From positions 14,074,001 through 14,138,000 of the forward strand of contig OZ281501.1 in NCBI GenBank assembly GCA_965637545.1: a stretch of DNA of 64,000 bases, given 5' to 3'. This document shows positions 61,423 through 64,000 of the stretch, piece after piece. A program made the translations under genes and the position numbers. How positions within the stretch are numbered: position 1 is the first letter of the stretch; each line of letters opens with the position of its first letter. The DNA comes from Phallusia mammillata. Taxonomy: Eukaryota. A model generated the notes under the pieces. It did not search any database. It was given only the letters and a program-made list of their open reading frames with translations, and was not told the DNA's origin.

Positions 61423-64000
61423 CATTTTGATTCGCATCGCGAATTTCTTATAGCAAGCCAAATGGCTTCGCACTGTTAAATTGAGCCGAACACCTTGTAA
61501 ATAAGAACATTTTCTAAGAGCAAACTTTATGCAAATCGCAAATCTTAAGAAATTTATTTAGTCGCACATTATTGCCTTGTTTCACAATCAGGCAACAAAA
61601 CCGGTCAGAAATCGTTCATTTTTAGAGATTTGATTCTATACTTTAACCTGCTGCGCATAAAATGCCCAGAGTGGTGGTTGACAAAAGCGCCAAAAAATAC
61701 AAAGCAAAAATGCGCAGCAATAAAATTGGGTATACCGGACTTAAGTGTTTGAAAACTACCTAACAAGTGCTTTCATCTTTATTTCACAACAAGGAACAGG
61801 ACTGGGTTTAATTTGTAAATATGAGATCAACAACAACGTTTTACCAGGATCGTAGCAATTAGGGCTTGGTAACCTGTTTTGCAAATGATAACATTTACCA
61901 GAATATTTGCGGAATTGTCTTAAATTCAACAAACAAGTTAAAACTTACAAAACCAATAATAAACTAAACATCGTTAAAATATCGTTTAAATTTATATCAA
62001 AACAACAACAAACATTGAACGCTAATTTTCTCTCATTTTGCTAATTTTCTCTCAATTTTCTGCATTCTTCCTACATACAAACTGATTTTTACCAGTGGTT
62101 TAAGTTACAAACAGTACGATTGGACAGTTGAAAATACAAGATTTGAAATGTGTGCCTTTCCTGTTGATAACAAAAGCAGGGAAGTGCTGGGCGATACAGC
62201 CTTTTTCCTGTCACTTTGTAACGCTGGATTGACTTTTTTCAATGGGCAGTTTAAGTACAATTTTGCAGTTTGGATGATAAGAAGGCTGCTGCTTGTTTTT
62301 GAACTGTTGACTCAAGTGTTGCTGATAAACAATGTAGCTATCAAAGCGCATAGAACTAAGATGTGGGCATTGCAAAACAATACAAAGCATCGCAGACATA
62401 AATATGAAACCAAATTCATCTTTTGTACCTGTGTTGTTGGCAACCATAGTTACCAATAAATAAGATTTTGTGCACTATGATTCTTATACCGTGTCGTCAT
62501 GGCAGTTTTAGATTAAATTCATTTCCTGTAGGGCGTTTCCAAAACAGACCGGTCTTGACTCTTGAGTGCCCAGTTCTTGTTTACGGTTTGGGCGCTTTGT
62601 TTGCGCCCCTCACATTGAATCTTTTCCAGCATAAACAACTATGTTGTTTTGACCAGGGACGCCGCTGGGTTATGGAAAACAAAAATATCGCTGAAGCGAG
62701 ACATATTTTGGTTTCCTTTGAAAAACCACATGTTATATCCTGATTTGTATTGTGTGTATGAAAATTCAGACCCAAAGTGATACTTGACATTCGCCAGAAT
62801 TTTTTTTTGAACTTTGCAACAGTTATAGGTTTGAACTTCATTATCATATGTCATAAGTGCTATTTTACCTACCGCCTTAGCAAAACATTCGTAGCCTATA
62901 ATATTGTTTTTAATTGAAGGCTTCATATAGATAAGTACACGCAGAAAAATACCAAAATTAGATTTATTCGCCTTATAGCCTACATTGGCAAGCGTATTTT
63001 GGCATTGTTTTCATTTTGCCTCAGCATTTGTTTTGTAATTACGTACTTTTTCAACCTGTCAGTTACCGGACATCTCAGACCCCTTCACTCTCTGTCCTTT
63101 CAATTGATTGTAAACAGTTGTGGAAATATTAAGTATGGTATGGAGCGACATGCAGGCTGTTTTACCATGAACCTTTAAATTTAGGTGTTTGTCCTTTGAG
63201 GTGCCGTACATTCTCGGACAATTTGTGTGAAATGCGTACAATTACATATGGTTGTTACGACCAAGGGCTCCCAGGCAGATACACATCACCCTTGGACGAT
63301 ATATTTAAATATACGGTGGTAGGGCAGCCTGCAATCCCAAAACACCGGGGCAATATTGCGCACCAAAATACATCACATAAATGCCAACATATTAAATCCG
63401 TTGCAAACTGGACTGCCTATAGCAAAAATCAATAGGAAATCACGAATTGAGGAAACAATTTATCTTGCAAGTGGAGAGCAAGGACTTTATGCCCGCGAAA
63501 ATCAGATATGGTCTCCATTTAAGGAATGCTTGTGTTACGAATAGGTGAACTTTGAAATTGTAGAAAAGGAGGTAGAATTCCATCATATATTGTGCTGTAA
63601 ATTGTATGACAATGTGCTGGCTATAGCCGATACTCTGGTTTCATATACACACCCCTTTCAACGAAAAGTCCGCTTTTCGATCAACTTTTTGTGAAAGTTG
63701 TTACATTTCGTTTAGGCGATGAATGGGCCGACCCACAATGAAATAAAAAGCATTTTGACATATAACTTCCGCCATGCTTGGTCTGTTACATCTAATTGGT
63801 TTGAACAGTTTCCAACACTGTCAAACTAAACGCTTTCTTTAGCATTAAGTTGAATAGAAACTTTAATTTCTACGGATACCGACGGATATAGGCCCACACC
63901 ACAAAATTTTAAAAGCAAATAAAATTCTGATCTAAAGTGACATTTTTTTACCGTTTCTCGTGTTGCTGAACCCCACAAGGAAAAGAGTTGCGACCGACAA

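Noticed and set aside
62140-63560. Several 60-103 aa ORFs near the window end
   Set aside because: Stops in all frames, no consistent splice path, no recognisable family; possibly a degraded transposon or UTR.

Overview
AT-rich, intron-dense animal genomic DNA. Very short introns (down to ~58 bp), mosaic CpG depletion and acceptor-like AGs next to start codons suggest an ascidian/tunicate or similar invertebrate chordate (inference). I hand-spliced eight protein-coding genes; every junction kept the frame. They are SIRT2 (+), C9orf78 (+), a 24-exon intelectin-like gene (-), a MARCKS-like acidic protein (-), FBXW2 (+), LRRC72 (-), a dynein roadblock light chain with intronless CDS (+) and a PLAC8/cornifelin protein (-). 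The standout is the intelectin-like gene. It encodes a predicted ~920-aa type II membrane protein whose intelectin domain is split by two tandem copies of a ~230-aa, six-exon domain I do not recognise, and it lacks the canonical sugar-binding Ca2+ ligands. Other notable items are a 323-bp LTR element with a 20-bp interior, a candidate alternative last exon in C9orf78, an X-box between head-to-head ciliary genes, and many non-autonomous hAT elements with 8-bp TSDs nested up to three deep. No full tRNA, rRNA or CRISPR array was seen. Protein identifications rest on recalled human sequences, not database searches.
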